Shown here one piece after another: positions 28,315 to 38,403 of a stretch of 64,000 bases of DNA. The notes below the pieces were generated by a model, which saw only the letters and a program-made list of their open reading frames with translations, searched no databases and was not told the origin of the DNA. Positions within the stretch are counted from its first letter, which is position 1. Each line of letters starts with the position of its first letter. This DNA is from a virus: positions 7,211-71,210 of the IMG/VR virus record IMGVR_UViG_3300032235_000387; one strand, written 5' to 3'. The position numbers and the translations under genes were made by a program.

Positions 28315-28680
28315 TTACTTTCTCTTTTTCTTTTCTGGGGTTTTATATCCCCACAGTTTAGGATTTACTCTACCATATCCCCAGTCTATTTTAGTTACTA
28401 CATTTGGTCCAAATTTATCATAATAAAGATCAAAAATTTTAATTTTTGTTCCTCTACAAATATCAACGTAAGATGTATCTTTGATATTGTAAAATACTAA
28501 GTATGCATCACTAGGAAAAGATGTATCTTTTTGTTGTTGTAAAGATGCTTTCTCTACAAGTATTTGACATCCATATTTGGGAGGTAAACTTTCCTTTTCT
28601 TCTTGTGTCCATTCCACAGTAATAATTTCCTCTCCCACTATCATTTTATTACTAATATCATTCACGATCTTCCACCCCAA
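28315..28680 (-). CDS. Hypothetical cyanophage protein
   Basis: 121-aa ORF with IFDLYYDKFG...GYGRVNPKLWG motif. Confidence 0.7.
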   Translation of the reverse strand: MGWKIVNDISNKMIVGEEIITVEWTQEEKESLPPKYGCQILVEKASLQQQKDTSFPSDAYLVFYNIKDTSYVDICRGTKIKIFDLYYDKFGPNVVTKIDWGYGRVNPKLWGYKTPEKKKRK

Positions 28681-29270
28681 ATAATATCGGGGAAGGAATC
28701 TGAGACGATTTGTTTAGTAATTTTATATCTTGTTTCTAATTTTTTATCTTTTACAAGACAAATAATTTCTGCTTCCAAAGGGTGTAATCCTTGAAGCATA
28801 TTAATGAACATAGTTTCTCTACGAATAGAACTTAAACTATCATTACCACCTTTAACAAAATTATAAAATTTAGAATATTCTTTTCTTATAGAAGACTTTC
28901 CTTGATCTTGAGAACCAAGAGAATTTGACTCCATTTCTTTCATTTTATAAACAGCATCTTCAATTTTTTCAGATATTGTTCCACTAAAAGAATTTTGCTC
29001 ACCAACACTTGCGTATGGAACTTCTCCAGGTGGAAGTATTGATATGATACTATCATCAAAATTCCAAATAAGTAAAGTTTTTATTGAAGGATGCTCGTAT
29101 CTTTTAAGAAGTTCAATTTTTTTGGAATTTGACCTTTGTTTTGATACAAGATTAAAAACTTCAAATGCAAAAGGATTTGAAGGTAGATTTTCATTTACAG
29201 TTTCTACTTTTTTTACTGTAGAAACACTTGATCTATTCGATGTCGTTTTCTTCTTCGTCTGTGTATTCAT
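28662..29270 (-). CDS. Conserved T4-like phage hypothetical protein
   Basis: IWNFD...LPPGEVPY...RRETMFINMLQGLHPLEAE...KDK motif; start uncertain (29270 or 29285). Confidence 0.75.
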   Translation of the reverse strand: MNTQTKKKTTSNRSSVSTVKKVETVNENLPSNPFAFEVFNLVSKQRSNSKKIELLKRYEHPSIKTLLIWNFDDSIISILPPGEVPYASVGEQNSFSGTISEKIEDAVYKMKEMESNSLGSQDQGKSSIRKEYSKFYNFVKGGNDSLSSIRRETMFINMLQGLHPLEAEIICLVKDKKLETRYKITKQIVSDSFPDIIWGGRS

Positions 29271-29466
29271 AATCGCTATTTTCAAAACGGAATGCTATGA
29301 CCTCATCTGGTATTAAATTACCTTGGGAATCGAACATTTCGGGGTGAGGTCTTGGTATTTCCCGATAGTTCATCATATACTCTCTGGCGACCCAACCACC
29401 AATTAACCCTACTATAAGAAACAATACGGTTAAAAAAGAACCGAATACTAGACTAATTGCTAACAT
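29233..29466 (-). CDS. Small membrane protein
   Basis: N-terminal hydrophobic helix followed by HPEMFD.QG motif and an acidic tail. Confidence 0.7.
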   Translation of the reverse strand: MLAISLVFGSFLTVLFLIVGLIGGWVAREYMMNYREIPRPHPEMFDSQGNLIPDEVIAFRFENSDYEYTDEEENDIE

Positions 29467-29708
29467 TTCTTTTGCCTCGGGAAATTACTCTTATTCCTAA
29501 ACATTAAGGAAAATTCAAAATTGATGGTAGTTTCCCATTTAAGAAAGCAAACCATCTTTTTAAAGATAATATGAAAGGGTTTGGTTTGCTTTCTTTTGCC
29601 TCCATTGAGTATAAAGTCAACACCACGATTAAAGTCGTGGTTGTTACTTTTATTTATTTCGTTAGTCAATGATTTTTTGTTCCTTGAGAAATTTGATTGT
29701 GTCAACAC
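29460..29708 (-). CDS. Hypothetical protein
   Basis: ORF fills the gap between glutaredoxin and the membrane protein; start uncertain. Confidence 0.45.
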   Translation of the reverse strand: MLTQSNFSRNKKSLTNEINKSNNHDFNRGVDFILNGGKRKQTKPFHIIFKKMVCFLKWETTINFEFSLMFRNKSNFPRQKKC

Positions 29709-29901
29709 AACCTCCTAATTTTATATCATTGAAAACTATTTGGGGAAATGTAGATCCTTCACCAAACTCTGCATAAAATTCTTCTTTTGTAAAGTCTACA
29801 TCGAGATTATAAACTACATGCCTTTGTTTTGTCAACTCTAAAACTTTTTTAATTTTATCGCAATATGGGCAACCATCTTTGGTATAAACTGTAAAGTTCA
29901 T
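29662..29901 (-). CDS. nrdC: Glutaredoxin
   Basis: CPYC active site, TFPQI and GGC motifs. Confidence 0.9.
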   Translation of the reverse strand: MNFTVYTKDGCPYCDKIKKVLELTKQRHVVYNLDVDFTKEEFYAEFGEGSTFPQIVFNDIKLGGCVDTIKFLKEQKIID

Positions 29902-29902
29902 T

Positions 29903-32182
29903 TTAAATTTCTACTCCTATTTTTTTTAAAAAATGATTGATTTTTTCGTTATACTCATTAGAAATTTCATAATTTTCTTTGATTTCAAATAAAATATTTT
30001 TAGACTCTTCTACTTTTCCCCACCACCATCCAGAAACTGCTTTTTCATATAGAAGAGCGTATTTACCAGGATAATCAACATCAGTTAAAAGATTTGATAA
30101 CGAAAAGTCTGAGAAAATTAATCCCATATCTGCAAAATTATAACAGTCTGTCCACCATTCTCTAACTTCAGAAAATTTACTTAGTAGGTAATATGCTTCT
30201 GGTCTTTGTGGATAAAGACTTAATGCTTGTTGTAAAAGACATTTTGCACTAAGATCTCTTGTTCCTTGCTTAGAATAGCAATGGGATGCTCTAATTAAAG
30301 ACTCATATGCTAAGTTTTTATCTTCTGACCTTTCAGCACATCGTAAAAAATAAGATACTGCTGGTGCAGTATGTCCTTCTTTCTCATACCAGAACCCAAG
30401 ATTAAAATTATGATTTGGATTTTCAGTATCTAAAGAATACTTTGTAAGTAATTCTTCAATCTCATTTGTAATTTTTATTTCAATTAAATTTTCATTTGTT
30501 TTGGGCAATAAAAATTCCTTTATAATTTCAGATTCAAAAATTTCTTTTGGAAGATTTTCTATTGGGTAATATTTAAGTATTGTATTTTTATCTCCAGATG
30601 GGGAAATTTCACCTTCTTTGATTTTTAGATTATCTTGAAATTCCTCCATATCACTATTCGAATATTTAGAAGTTGTAAGATAATTAAATTTATCATCATA
30701 ATGTGTAAATGCTTTACACTTTATTTTTCTAGTTTCAGACTTGCCCATCCAAGAAAAATGCCACCCTAAATCTTGAAGCATTTGACCATTTTCAGTTAAG
30801 AAAACTATTTCAAATGGATTAAAAACATTTGATCTAATTTGTGTTGGTGTTGCCTTTGTCAGATGTTTTTTAGTTGTAACGAACATTCCAGTCCATTCTT
30901 TTGGTTTATTATTATCTCTCATATAAACCCTCATATCTGCCCTTCCTTCTAAATGAACTAAAGGAACTCTAATTACAACATCAGGATTATTTTTGACAAC
31001 ATTTGAAATATATTCAATTATAGATGGTAAAATAATTTCATCAATATCACTATGAATAAAAACAGTGTCATCAGAATATTCATGGATAACCTTCAATAAG
31101 GCATCTTTTTGCATTCTTTCTCTTGATCGAGCATGAACAGAATTTGTGTTTATACTATTTCCATCATAGCAATTATGATAATCAATATCCTGTACTTCAA
31201 GATTATTATTAGGTATGTCTAACTCAATAATTCTAATTTTATCTTTGGGGAGATTTAATTCTTCAATAATATTTTTAAGTTCATATTGAATTGGAACACC
31301 ACTTTGAGTTTTATTAGATTCGCAAATTATAAATTCATCAACATAATTTTTAAGCATGTTAATTCTTAACTCCAACATTTCTCTTCCAGTTGGAGCAAAG
31401 AATGGAAAATAATCTACAATCTTTTTATTTACTCGATTAGTTTCAAAAAATTCTATTATTTTTTGTTCCTTTCCAATAGTTTTCCACCATTCAATTGTTG
31501 TCTCATAAGATTTAATATGAGTATTCTCATGCAATTCACGATTGTGCCCTTCAGAAGAAATAAAAGTAGTTTCAAATTTAATATCTTCTACAAACAAAGG
31601 AATGGTATAAGTAACACCATGGTTAAAAATAATATATTCAATTAATGGCATAACATCTTGATTTTTTATTTCAAGATGAAATTCATCACCAATACAATAT
31701 TCATCAATTATTTTTTTAGCATAATCTCTAGTAAGAATATATGCAGTTACTGACCAATCATCATTTTGCTTTTTACGAAAATTAAAATCATTGCTGATAC
31801 CACCTTCTTTTAATCTCAATAATTGGACACAATCAGCATCTTCTGGAATTGATTCTATAAATTCTTCCCAAGTAAAATTCCAATAATTTACTGTTTCTAA
31901 ACTTAAATCATCTTCACAGAAAAACGCATAAAGTTCATCCGTTTCTTGATACCATTTTTTAATCGCTTTAAGATGAGAAACTGCACAACCAATTGTTCCA
32001 GGATTCATAGATTCTAAAAATCTTCCTTTTACAACATCAGAACTATCAGAATATCTTTTAGAAACTAATGGTATTGGATTAATTTCATGTAATTGAAATT
32101 GAGTTTCAATATTTTTTTGTCTATCAACACTTTCTTCCAATGTTGTATAATAAGCAGTTGGAAAATTTTTTAGTTTATTCAT
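29903..32182 (-). CDS. Multidomain glycosyltransferase: GT25-like + GT17-like + TPR-like C-terminus
   Basis: GCAVSHL...CEDD...AYIL (GT25); LELRI..L...VDEFIICESNKTQSG...SDIDEI...GWHFSWMG (GT17); helical RPEAYY repeat tail. Likely start 32182. Confidence 0.75.
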   Translation of the reverse strand: MNKLKNFPTAYYTTLEESVDRQKNIETQFQLHEINPIPLVSKRYSDSSDVVKGRFLESMNPGTIGCAVSHLKAIKKWYQETDELYAFFCEDDLSLETVNYWNFTWEEFIESIPEDADCVQLLRLKEGGISNDFNFRKKQNDDWSVTAYILTRDYAKKIIDEYCIGDEFHLEIKNQDVMPLIEYIIFNHGVTYTIPLFVEDIKFETTFISSEGHNRELHENTHIKSYETTIEWWKTIGKEQKIIEFFETNRVNKKIVDYFPFFAPTGREMLELRINMLKNYVDEFIICESNKTQSGVPIQYELKNIIEELNLPKDKIRIIELDIPNNNLEVQDIDYHNCYDGNSINTNSVHARSRERMQKDALLKVIHEYSDDTVFIHSDIDEIILPSIIEYISNVVKNNPDVVIRVPLVHLEGRADMRVYMRDNNKPKEWTGMFVTTKKHLTKATPTQIRSNVFNPFEIVFLTENGQMLQDLGWHFSWMGKSETRKIKCKAFTHYDDKFNYLTTSKYSNSDMEEFQDNLKIKEGEISPSGDKNTILKYYPIENLPKEIFESEIIKEFLLPKTNENLIEIKITNEIEELLTKYSLDTENPNHNFNLGFWYEKEGHTAPAVSYFLRCAERSEDKNLAYESLIRASHCYSKQGTRDLSAKCLLQQALSLYPQRPEAYYLLSKFSEVREWWTDCYNFADMGLIFSDFSLSNLLTDVDYPGKYALLYEKAVSGWWWGKVEESKNILFEIKENYEISNEYNEKINHFLKKIGVEI

Positions 32183-33713
32183 ATTTTTCTGCAAAGTAAT
32201 TTTGATCATCTATTTGAATTATATTCCAATTTAGTTTTGATTCAACATGATAATGAGTTGGAGATGGAAATTGTTCCATATTTTTACTTATATGATATTG
32301 AGAGATTACATATTCAGTCTGCCACTTCAATTCATCACCACTATAATTTTTTGATAATTCACTGATAATTTTATTTTCATAATCTTTATCACCTTCAAAA
32401 TTTTCAAATCTTTTTTTATCAGGATGTGGAATATGAAATACTGTATGATTGTAATTTAAAGATTCAGATTTTAATCCATATAAGTGCAGTCTTGAAACAA
32501 GTTCATCATCTTCCCAAGCATAATATTTTCCAAGATTTTCATTGTATCCACCAACTTCCTTAAAGTGTTGTCTTCTAATGTAAAGAAGTCCTCTAAGATA
32601 TTTGAAATATGGATTACTTTCAATATTTTTATCTTCTATATTTGTTGGTCCATAAACAAATTTATTTTCACTTATATTATAAGTATCAAAAAATTTATAA
32701 TAAGGATTTAAAATATAGTCAGTATCCATTTTAAGCAGAAATTCTTGAGTGCATAAACTTGCAGCAAGATTTAATGGTTGAGGTTGATTGAAATACTGTT
32801 CATTTAAAACTCTTACTATTTTAATTCTCGAATCAAGTTTTGTCAAATGATTGAGAGGAATTGTAGAATTCCAATCGACAATTACAATCTCTTTAATTTC
32901 TTCAAAATTTAACCAAGAATTTAAAGAAATTTTTAAAGGTTCATATCTATTTTTACAAGCACAAATTACAGAAACGTTATTTTGATTTGATACATTTTGA
33001 TATTGAATATGTTTTTTATTAATTTCATTATCAAAATATTTGTCTACAAATATCGTATTAATTTTATCAGAATAAATTTCAATATAATCTTTAGAGTTTA
33101 TAAAATCTCTTAATTCTTTATTAGTTTGAATAATATCAGCATATTCTTGAAATGAAGGATGCTTATCGATTAATTCTACGATTAACATCTTTGGTCTCCA
33201 TTCATCAATATTAAAGGATTCGAAAACTTCTTTTTCCTTTCCTTCAACATCAACTACAAGAATTTCAAAATTTTTATGTATTTTTAAATCAGTTAATAAT
33301 GTTTCTAATCTAATTTGATTACAAGTACTTGGTAAAAACTGAAGATTGCAATTTTTAAAGTCTTCAATTTCTTTAAATCTATCTGAGTATTCATCCAACA
33401 TTGTGGATAAACATTCAGATACATAAATTTTTTTAGTTGTTTCTTCTAACCCTATTGCATAATTTTGAACTGAAATATTTTGATTATTTTTATGTCTCTC
33501 AACACATTTTAGATAGTATTCTTGAATTGGTTCAACATAGACACCATTCCAACCATGATCTGCTAAACATGATGTATTAGAAACAAAATCTCCATCAAAT
33601 GCTCCAATTTCAACAAAAGTACCTTTAGATGGATATCCAAAATATTTTTCATATATTTTTGAAAGACCATTTATTTGGCAATCATGCGCAACATTATAAG
33701 TATTAATATTCAT
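32175..33713 (-). CDS. FkbM-type methyltransferase fused to GT2/GT7-like glycosyltransferase
   Basis: FVEIGAFDG..SNT...VEP...VDVEGKE (FkbM); IVIVDW...MDTD...VGGYNE...YAWEDDEL..RL (GT7 C-terminal). Confidence 0.8.
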   Translation of the reverse strand: MNINTYNVAHDCQINGLSKIYEKYFGYPSKGTFVEIGAFDGDFVSNTSCLADHGWNGVYVEPIQEYYLKCVERHKNNQNISVQNYAIGLEETTKKIYVSECLSTMLDEYSDRFKEIEDFKNCNLQFLPSTCNQIRLETLLTDLKIHKNFEILVVDVEGKEKEVFESFNIDEWRPKMLIVELIDKHPSFQEYADIIQTNKELRDFINSKDYIEIYSDKINTIFVDKYFDNEINKKHIQYQNVSNQNNVSVICACKNRYEPLKISLNSWLNFEEIKEIVIVDWNSTIPLNHLTKLDSRIKIVRVLNEQYFNQPQPLNLAASLCTQEFLLKMDTDYILNPYYKFFDTYNISENKFVYGPTNIEDKNIESNPYFKYLRGLLYIRRQHFKEVGGYNENLGKYYAWEDDELVSRLHLYGLKSESLNYNHTVFHIPHPDKKRFENFEGDKDYENKIISELSKNYSGDELKWQTEYVISQYHISKNMEQFPSPTHYHVESKLNWNIIQIDDQNYFAEKYE

Positions 33714-34504
33714 ACTCTAATCCATTCAGAACAATACAAGTCTTCAGTATCCCAGGTTGAATCATTTCTAAACCATTTTTTAGGAGAAACTACTTTTTTA
33801 CTTTCAGATAACCATGCACCCCACCAACTAAAAGAACTATTTGCAATTATATGATAATTACACAATGTCATCATACAAAGATCTACAAAAGGATTATTAG
33901 ATTTTATAATTTTAAATCTTTTATTTGAAAATATTTCTTGTTCTTCGCACCATTTATAATCATCTGAAATAACAAATACTGGTAAGTTACTATCAAAAAA
34001 TTTTAAAGAATCAATATAATAATCAAATGGTAAAGGATAGAGACTTTCATCTGTTATGTAATCTGTTCTCCTAACATGTAGAGAAATTATTTCAGTACTA
34101 GGGTATAATTCTGAAATAAAACTTTTACAAGAATTAATGATAAATTCATCAAAAGAAAAATCTTCCTTTATTTCATTTCTAATGTGCTTAAAATATTTTT
34201 CGGTTTGGAAATAATGCAATATATTTTTATTGGGAGGACAGTTAGTAAACATATCCACATCAAATTCAAATCCTTTAGGATAAATTGTTTCAAACTCAGG
34301 TAATGGTTTAGAATATTTTAAAGTATTTTTAAAACATTTATATAAAGTAATATCATCTTTAGGTAGAGGAACAGCATAATTAAAATTGTTATAATTTGCA
34401 ATTCCTTTTAATGAAGCGTACTGAAACATTTGGTTTCCGAGTCTACCAAATCCCAAATCTTTAAAAGTAATTAACGGTTTATAATTAAAAAATTTATTCG
34501 GCAT
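33710..34504 (-). CDS. Alpha-1,2-fucosyltransferase-like (GT11)
   Basis: GRLGNQMFQYA, YFQTEKYF, HVRRTDY, SDD, IIANSSFSWWGAWL; start 34504 or 34519. Confidence 0.9.
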   Translation of the reverse strand: MPNKFFNYKPLITFKDLGFGRLGNQMFQYASLKGIANYNNFNYAVPLPKDDITLYKCFKNTLKYSKPLPEFETIYPKGFEFDVDMFTNCPPNKNILHYFQTEKYFKHIRNEIKEDFSFDEFIINSCKSFISELYPSTEIISLHVRRTDYITDESLYPLPFDYYIDSLKFFDSNLPVFVISDDYKWCEEQEIFSNKRFKIIKSNNPFVDLCMMTLCNYHIIANSSFSWWGAWLSESKKVVSPKKWFRNDSTWDTEDLYCSEWIRV

Positions 34505-35474
34505 TAATGTATTCCTCAATAAATCCTTTAGATGCTCTCAATAAATATGCAGCATTATCCTGAAATCCAAATGTTATAAGATAATCATTCTTATATTCAC
34601 ACATACCTACAGCAAACTCAATTTCAGCATTCATAAAAGAAAATCTTTTTGAAACTTTTACAATATTCCAATCTTTATCCCATACAATAAATCTATGCTT
34701 ATAATCACCATCCTTTCTACCAGCAGGACTTTGATATAAAAAAGTTTCGTGAGTTAAACAAATTCGATATTGACCGTATGGAATTACTTGAGAACCTCCC
34801 CTAAGATCAATACATCCTAAATCTTTCCATTCCTTTTGAATTAAAGATTCTGTTGTATTATTTTCAATATCATAATAAACAATATTAGTTCCATTTGTCC
34901 ACTTAACAAAGTGATATGGCATGTCTAATACTGGCATCCAATTTTTATTACAATATTCTTTATCATCTCCAGGAGCAGGAATTCTATGTCTTGATATTTC
35001 CTTTATACCTGTATCTGATATTTCAATTTCAGATAATTCCATACGACCTGTTCCAATCGTATCAAGATCTCTCCTAACACCACAAATATAAAGTTTTCCA
35101 TTCCAACGAACAATACGAGCATCTTCAAGTCCCACAAACTCCCATTGGGGAACATAGTTATCAAATGAAGAGGTATCTACTTTATGATACCTTTTAATTC
35201 TCATATTATCATCCATCTCACACATAATATTCCATGTGCGAAGATGCATATCATTTTCAGGGTGTATATAAACTAATGGACCCCACTGATGCTCAAATTT
35301 TTTCTTTTCAGAATGATATAATGTATAGTTAATATTTCTCAAATTAGTTAAAATTTTCCCATCATCATTATAAATTGATGGGTTAGTTATAGATGGACCA
35401 TTTAAATATGAAGATGGTGTTAATAATGGATGAATGCTCCCACCATTTTCCAAAGCAAGTTTTACAAAATTCAT
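34494..35474 (-). CDS. Five-bladed beta-propeller glycoside hydrolase-like protein (GH130/GH43-like)
   Basis: NPSI, GLEDARI, KNWMP, LRGGS and IEFAVG motifs. Confidence 0.65.
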   Translation of the reverse strand: MNFVKLALENGGSIHPLLTPSSYLNGPSITNPSIYNDDGKILTNLRNINYTLYHSEKKKFEHQWGPLVYIHPENDMHLRTWNIMCEMDDNMRIKRYHKVDTSSFDNYVPQWEFVGLEDARIVRWNGKLYICGVRRDLDTIGTGRMELSEIEISDTGIKEISRHRIPAPGDDKEYCNKNWMPVLDMPYHFVKWTNGTNIVYYDIENNTTESLIQKEWKDLGCIDLRGGSQVIPYGQYRICLTHETFLYQSPAGRKDGDYKHRFIVWDKDWNIVKVSKRFSFMNAEIEFAVGMCEYKNDYLITFGFQDNAAYLLRASKGFIEEYINAE

Positions 35475-35491
35475 AATGATTAAAAAATTTA

Positions 35492-35707
35492 TTATTCGGT
35501 TACTTCTTCGGCAGTTGTTTCTACAACTTCAGGTTGTGGTTCTGGGACAGGAGTAGTAACAGTAATCTCGATCTTATGATCTGCACCATGCTCCTCAATC
35601 AATGCTGCTACTTGCTCAATCGTATAACCAGTATCATTTGCTGGGTCAGCAGTCAAATGATAGACATGCATCAAAGGCATAGTTAGAGTTTCAGTTTTTG
35701 TTGCCAT
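35492..35707 (-). CDS. Hypothetical acidic protein
   Basis: 71-aa ORF starting immediately after the upstream stop. Confidence 0.6.
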   Translation of the reverse strand: MATKTETLTMPLMHVYHLTADPANDTGYTIEQVAALIEEHGADHKIEITVTTPVPEPQPEVVETTAEEVTE

Positions 35708-37564
35708 TTAAAATTTCCTCCAAAGTTCTTTTGAAAATTTAACCCAGTCTTGGATTCTTGTGTCCCAACTGTAATAATTATTTATTACCTGCACTTGAGT
35801 GGTACTATCAAATTGCCCATTTCGGTATTCCGTAATAGTTTTTTTGAGTTCTCCTGCAAAACGCTCAATATGTTTTTGACGATCAGGAATATACCCATAA
35901 AGACGAGCAAATCCCAGAGAAGTTTCAGGAAGTGCAGCAAGATTAGATGCTACTACAGAGCATCCAGCGGCAAGTGCTTCAATCAAACAAATACAAGATG
36001 TCTCCTGGAAATATGATGGATAAGCAAAGATGTGAGTCTTCATCAGTTGCTCACGAATTTTAGAGTTATTTGTTCGTGTATGACGGACAACTCTCTTATC
36101 AGCATTCGCAAGTGCTAAACAATAGCGAAGAAACTTTTCTTCTTGCTCACAAACATGAGAATACTCATACGTTTGTAATCCTTGAGTATATTGTTTTTTG
36201 CGCTCATCAGGATCAAGTTCATGGAAAATATGAAGTTCAAAGTCTTCTTCTGGAATTAGTTTAATGCCTTCCAAAAGAAGATCCAATCCACGAATTGGAT
36301 TAGGATGGAACATCAGTTGAAGTTTTCCTTCTGGTTTTTTATGTGGTTCAAAAGGATGAATGGCATTCTTAAGAACAAAACATTTCTCCATGGGAAGATT
36401 AAACTTCTCACCAAACCTTTCATACTGCCAATCAGAAACAAATACATATGCCTTAAAATGTTTCTGGAATTGCTTGTCCATCAACTGCTCAAGACCAACC
36501 TCATTATGGTGAGGGTGCAACCAAACAATATTAGAGTTATCTGGAGCAATAATATTGTCACCAGGAATTACACACCAGTGCCAATCAGCAAGATCTGGTG
36601 CTGCGGGAAGAACAAGATCTTGCCAGGCACGACCCATAATCTCCGTACCACCAGTTCCATCAGGATTCAGTGATGCCTCAAGAAGTGGTGGCATATTGTT
36701 ATGAAGAAACTCTGGTCTTGTTACAACTTCGGGTTCTGGCATCTTATAGTATTCTTCTGCGAATGTTTTAATTATAGCACTTTTAAAGTCTTCTGGAAAG
36801 TTTGAAAAATCATACTTGATGAACTGTTTATGTTCATGCTTACGATCTAGAAGATCGGTTCCAGTTTTAATTGCTTCAAGAATGTGCTGTTCGTTTTTGA
36901 TTTCATCTTTATTAAACTCTTGATGAGCATAAGATTCAATCTTTGTTTTGATTTGTTCAATACCACCAAAGAATGTAAGATGCCATCCAGACTTTTCTGC
37001 AAAAGGAAAAGAAAAACAGTTTGCTCTCAAATAGTTACATCCTTTCTCTAGAGCATTACCAACTGTAGTGAATACAGTTCCTGCCCATGTATCATTCTCA
37101 TAAGTATTGAAGTTATAATAAAAGTTCTCACAGATTGCAGTTGCAAATGGTTCCTCAGAAACTTTATCTTTCATGTAAAGAATAAGTTCCTTTTTAGGAA
37201 TTTCATCAGCATCACTTAACATGAAAAGATCTTCAAAAGCAAACTGAAATAAACCTTTACTAATATGATCTCTCTGACCTTGCTCTAGTTTCCAAAATCC
37301 AGAATCAAAGTTACATTCTTCCTTATTGCTGAAATCATACTTACTAATGTCTGGTTCATATTTCAGTCTGACAATTTTATCCCTAAGTTCCTCATCAAAC
37401 TGATCAATCACTTGATCCAAATAATAAGGTTTAGGTTTTCCAGAGTGAGTATAGTTACATTCAGAAATGACAAAGTAATCTACAACATCGCGGAGATATT
37501 CTAATCTTAACTTAAGAATATCAAACTCATTAAAAAATGAAAATCCATCAATAACTTTCATCAC
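35708..37564 (-). CDS. GT17-like + GT4-like (GT-B) glycosyltransferase fusion
   Basis: FFNEFDILKLRL...SDADEIP...GWHLTFFGG...KIESYAHQE; C-terminal GGTE...RGLD...ETSCICLIEALAAG...AALPET. Confidence 0.85.
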   Translation of the reverse strand: MMKVIDGFSFFNEFDILKLRLEYLRDVVDYFVISECNYTHSGKPKPYYLDQVIDQFDEELRDKIVRLKYEPDISKYDFSNKEECNFDSGFWKLEQGQRDHISKGLFQFAFEDLFMLSDADEIPKKELILYMKDKVSEEPFATAICENFYYNFNTYENDTWAGTVFTTVGNALEKGCNYLRANCFSFPFAEKSGWHLTFFGGIEQIKTKIESYAHQEFNKDEIKNEQHILEAIKTGTDLLDRKHEHKQFIKYDFSNFPEDFKSAIIKTFAEEYYKMPEPEVVTRPEFLHNNMPPLLEASLNPDGTGGTEIMGRAWQDLVLPAAPDLADWHWCVIPGDNIIAPDNSNIVWLHPHHNEVGLEQLMDKQFQKHFKAYVFVSDWQYERFGEKFNLPMEKCFVLKNAIHPFEPHKKPEGKLQLMFHPNPIRGLDLLLEGIKLIPEEDFELHIFHELDPDERKKQYTQGLQTYEYSHVCEQEEKFLRYCLALANADKRVVRHTRTNNSKIREQLMKTHIFAYPSYFQETSCICLIEALAAGCSVVASNLAALPETSLGFARLYGYIPDRQKHIERFAGELKKTITEYRNGQFDSTTQVQVINNYYSWDTRIQDWVKFSKELWRKF

Positions 37565-38403
37565 AATACCTCCTTCAGAAAGTTTTCCATAGGAGATTTC
37601 TTGAATATTTCTAATGCATTTTCAGCATCTCTATCCATTTTTGCTGGATCTTTAAGAAGTTCATATGCAGTCTTTACAAACTCATGATAAGGTGTGGTAT
37701 AAACTGTTCCTTCCATGTAAGATGGAAAGTCAGTATCCGAATTTCTTTCAGAAATAACTGGAACCTTATTTTGAATCAAATGAGTTACACGAACCATTTC
37801 AAAGATCTTATTATCATTATTATGCAAATTAATCACTAATTTTGCTCTCTTAATATAATCATCTCTATCATTACCATAAACACTATTAATAGATACAAAA
37901 TTAATGTTTGGATCCTTTTCAAAAATATCCATGACTGCGGTTCTTCTGGGAGAAGGATTCATATATGCAAGAATATCAATATCCCTTTCCTCAGGTTTGT
38001 TCCTTTCAAAATAAGTGATTTCAGGAACATAACCAATCTTACAGTGCTTAATGTTCTCAACTCCTGCCTTACGAAGAACTTCAACATTCCTCATCGAATA
38101 GTCCCATACTTCAAGACCACGATATTTACGACACCACCTCAAACATTCAGGAGAATCTCTCATTTGCTCCAAAGAATAAACAATCGTATCCTTTGGAATA
38201 TCGTGACGAACTACATCCACAGGGCAGTGATGCATACCAAACACAATGTTCCGTGCATCTGTCTTAAACTCATTCACACTATTCGTAACTTCATATCCCA
38301 TTCGCTGAAGAGTGAAGAACATAGCCGCTTCAATCTCATGAAAAACTTGAGAATGAACATAAAACCCATTATCAGGTACAATACGACACAGATTAAATTT
38401 CAC
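37561..38403 (-). CDS. Putative glycosyltransferase (GT-B-like)
   Basis: LEQ...VWDYS..N...RDIDIL...RR...YG..RD..I..AKLVINLH...FEMVR...VISE pattern; GTG start 38403 likely. Confidence 0.65.
   Translation of the reverse strand: MKFNLCRIVPDNGFYVHSQVFHEIEAAMFFTLQRMGYEVTNSVNEFKTDARNIVFGMHHCPVDVVRHDIPKDTIVYSLEQMRDSPECLRWCRKYRGLEVWDYSMRNVEVLRKAGVENIKHCKIGYVPEITYFERNKPEERDIDILAYMNPSPRRTAVMDIFEKDPNINFVSINSVYGNDRDDYIKRAKLVINLHNNDNKIFEMVRVTHLIQNKVPVISERNSDTDFPSYMEGTVYTTPYHEFVKTAYELLKDPAKMDRDAENALEIFKKSPMENFLKEVL

Noticed and set aside
28246-28500. Plus-strand 84-aa ORF and other short antisense ORFs in the core region
   Set aside because: They overlap well-supported minus-strand genes or terminators and have no recognisable motifs.
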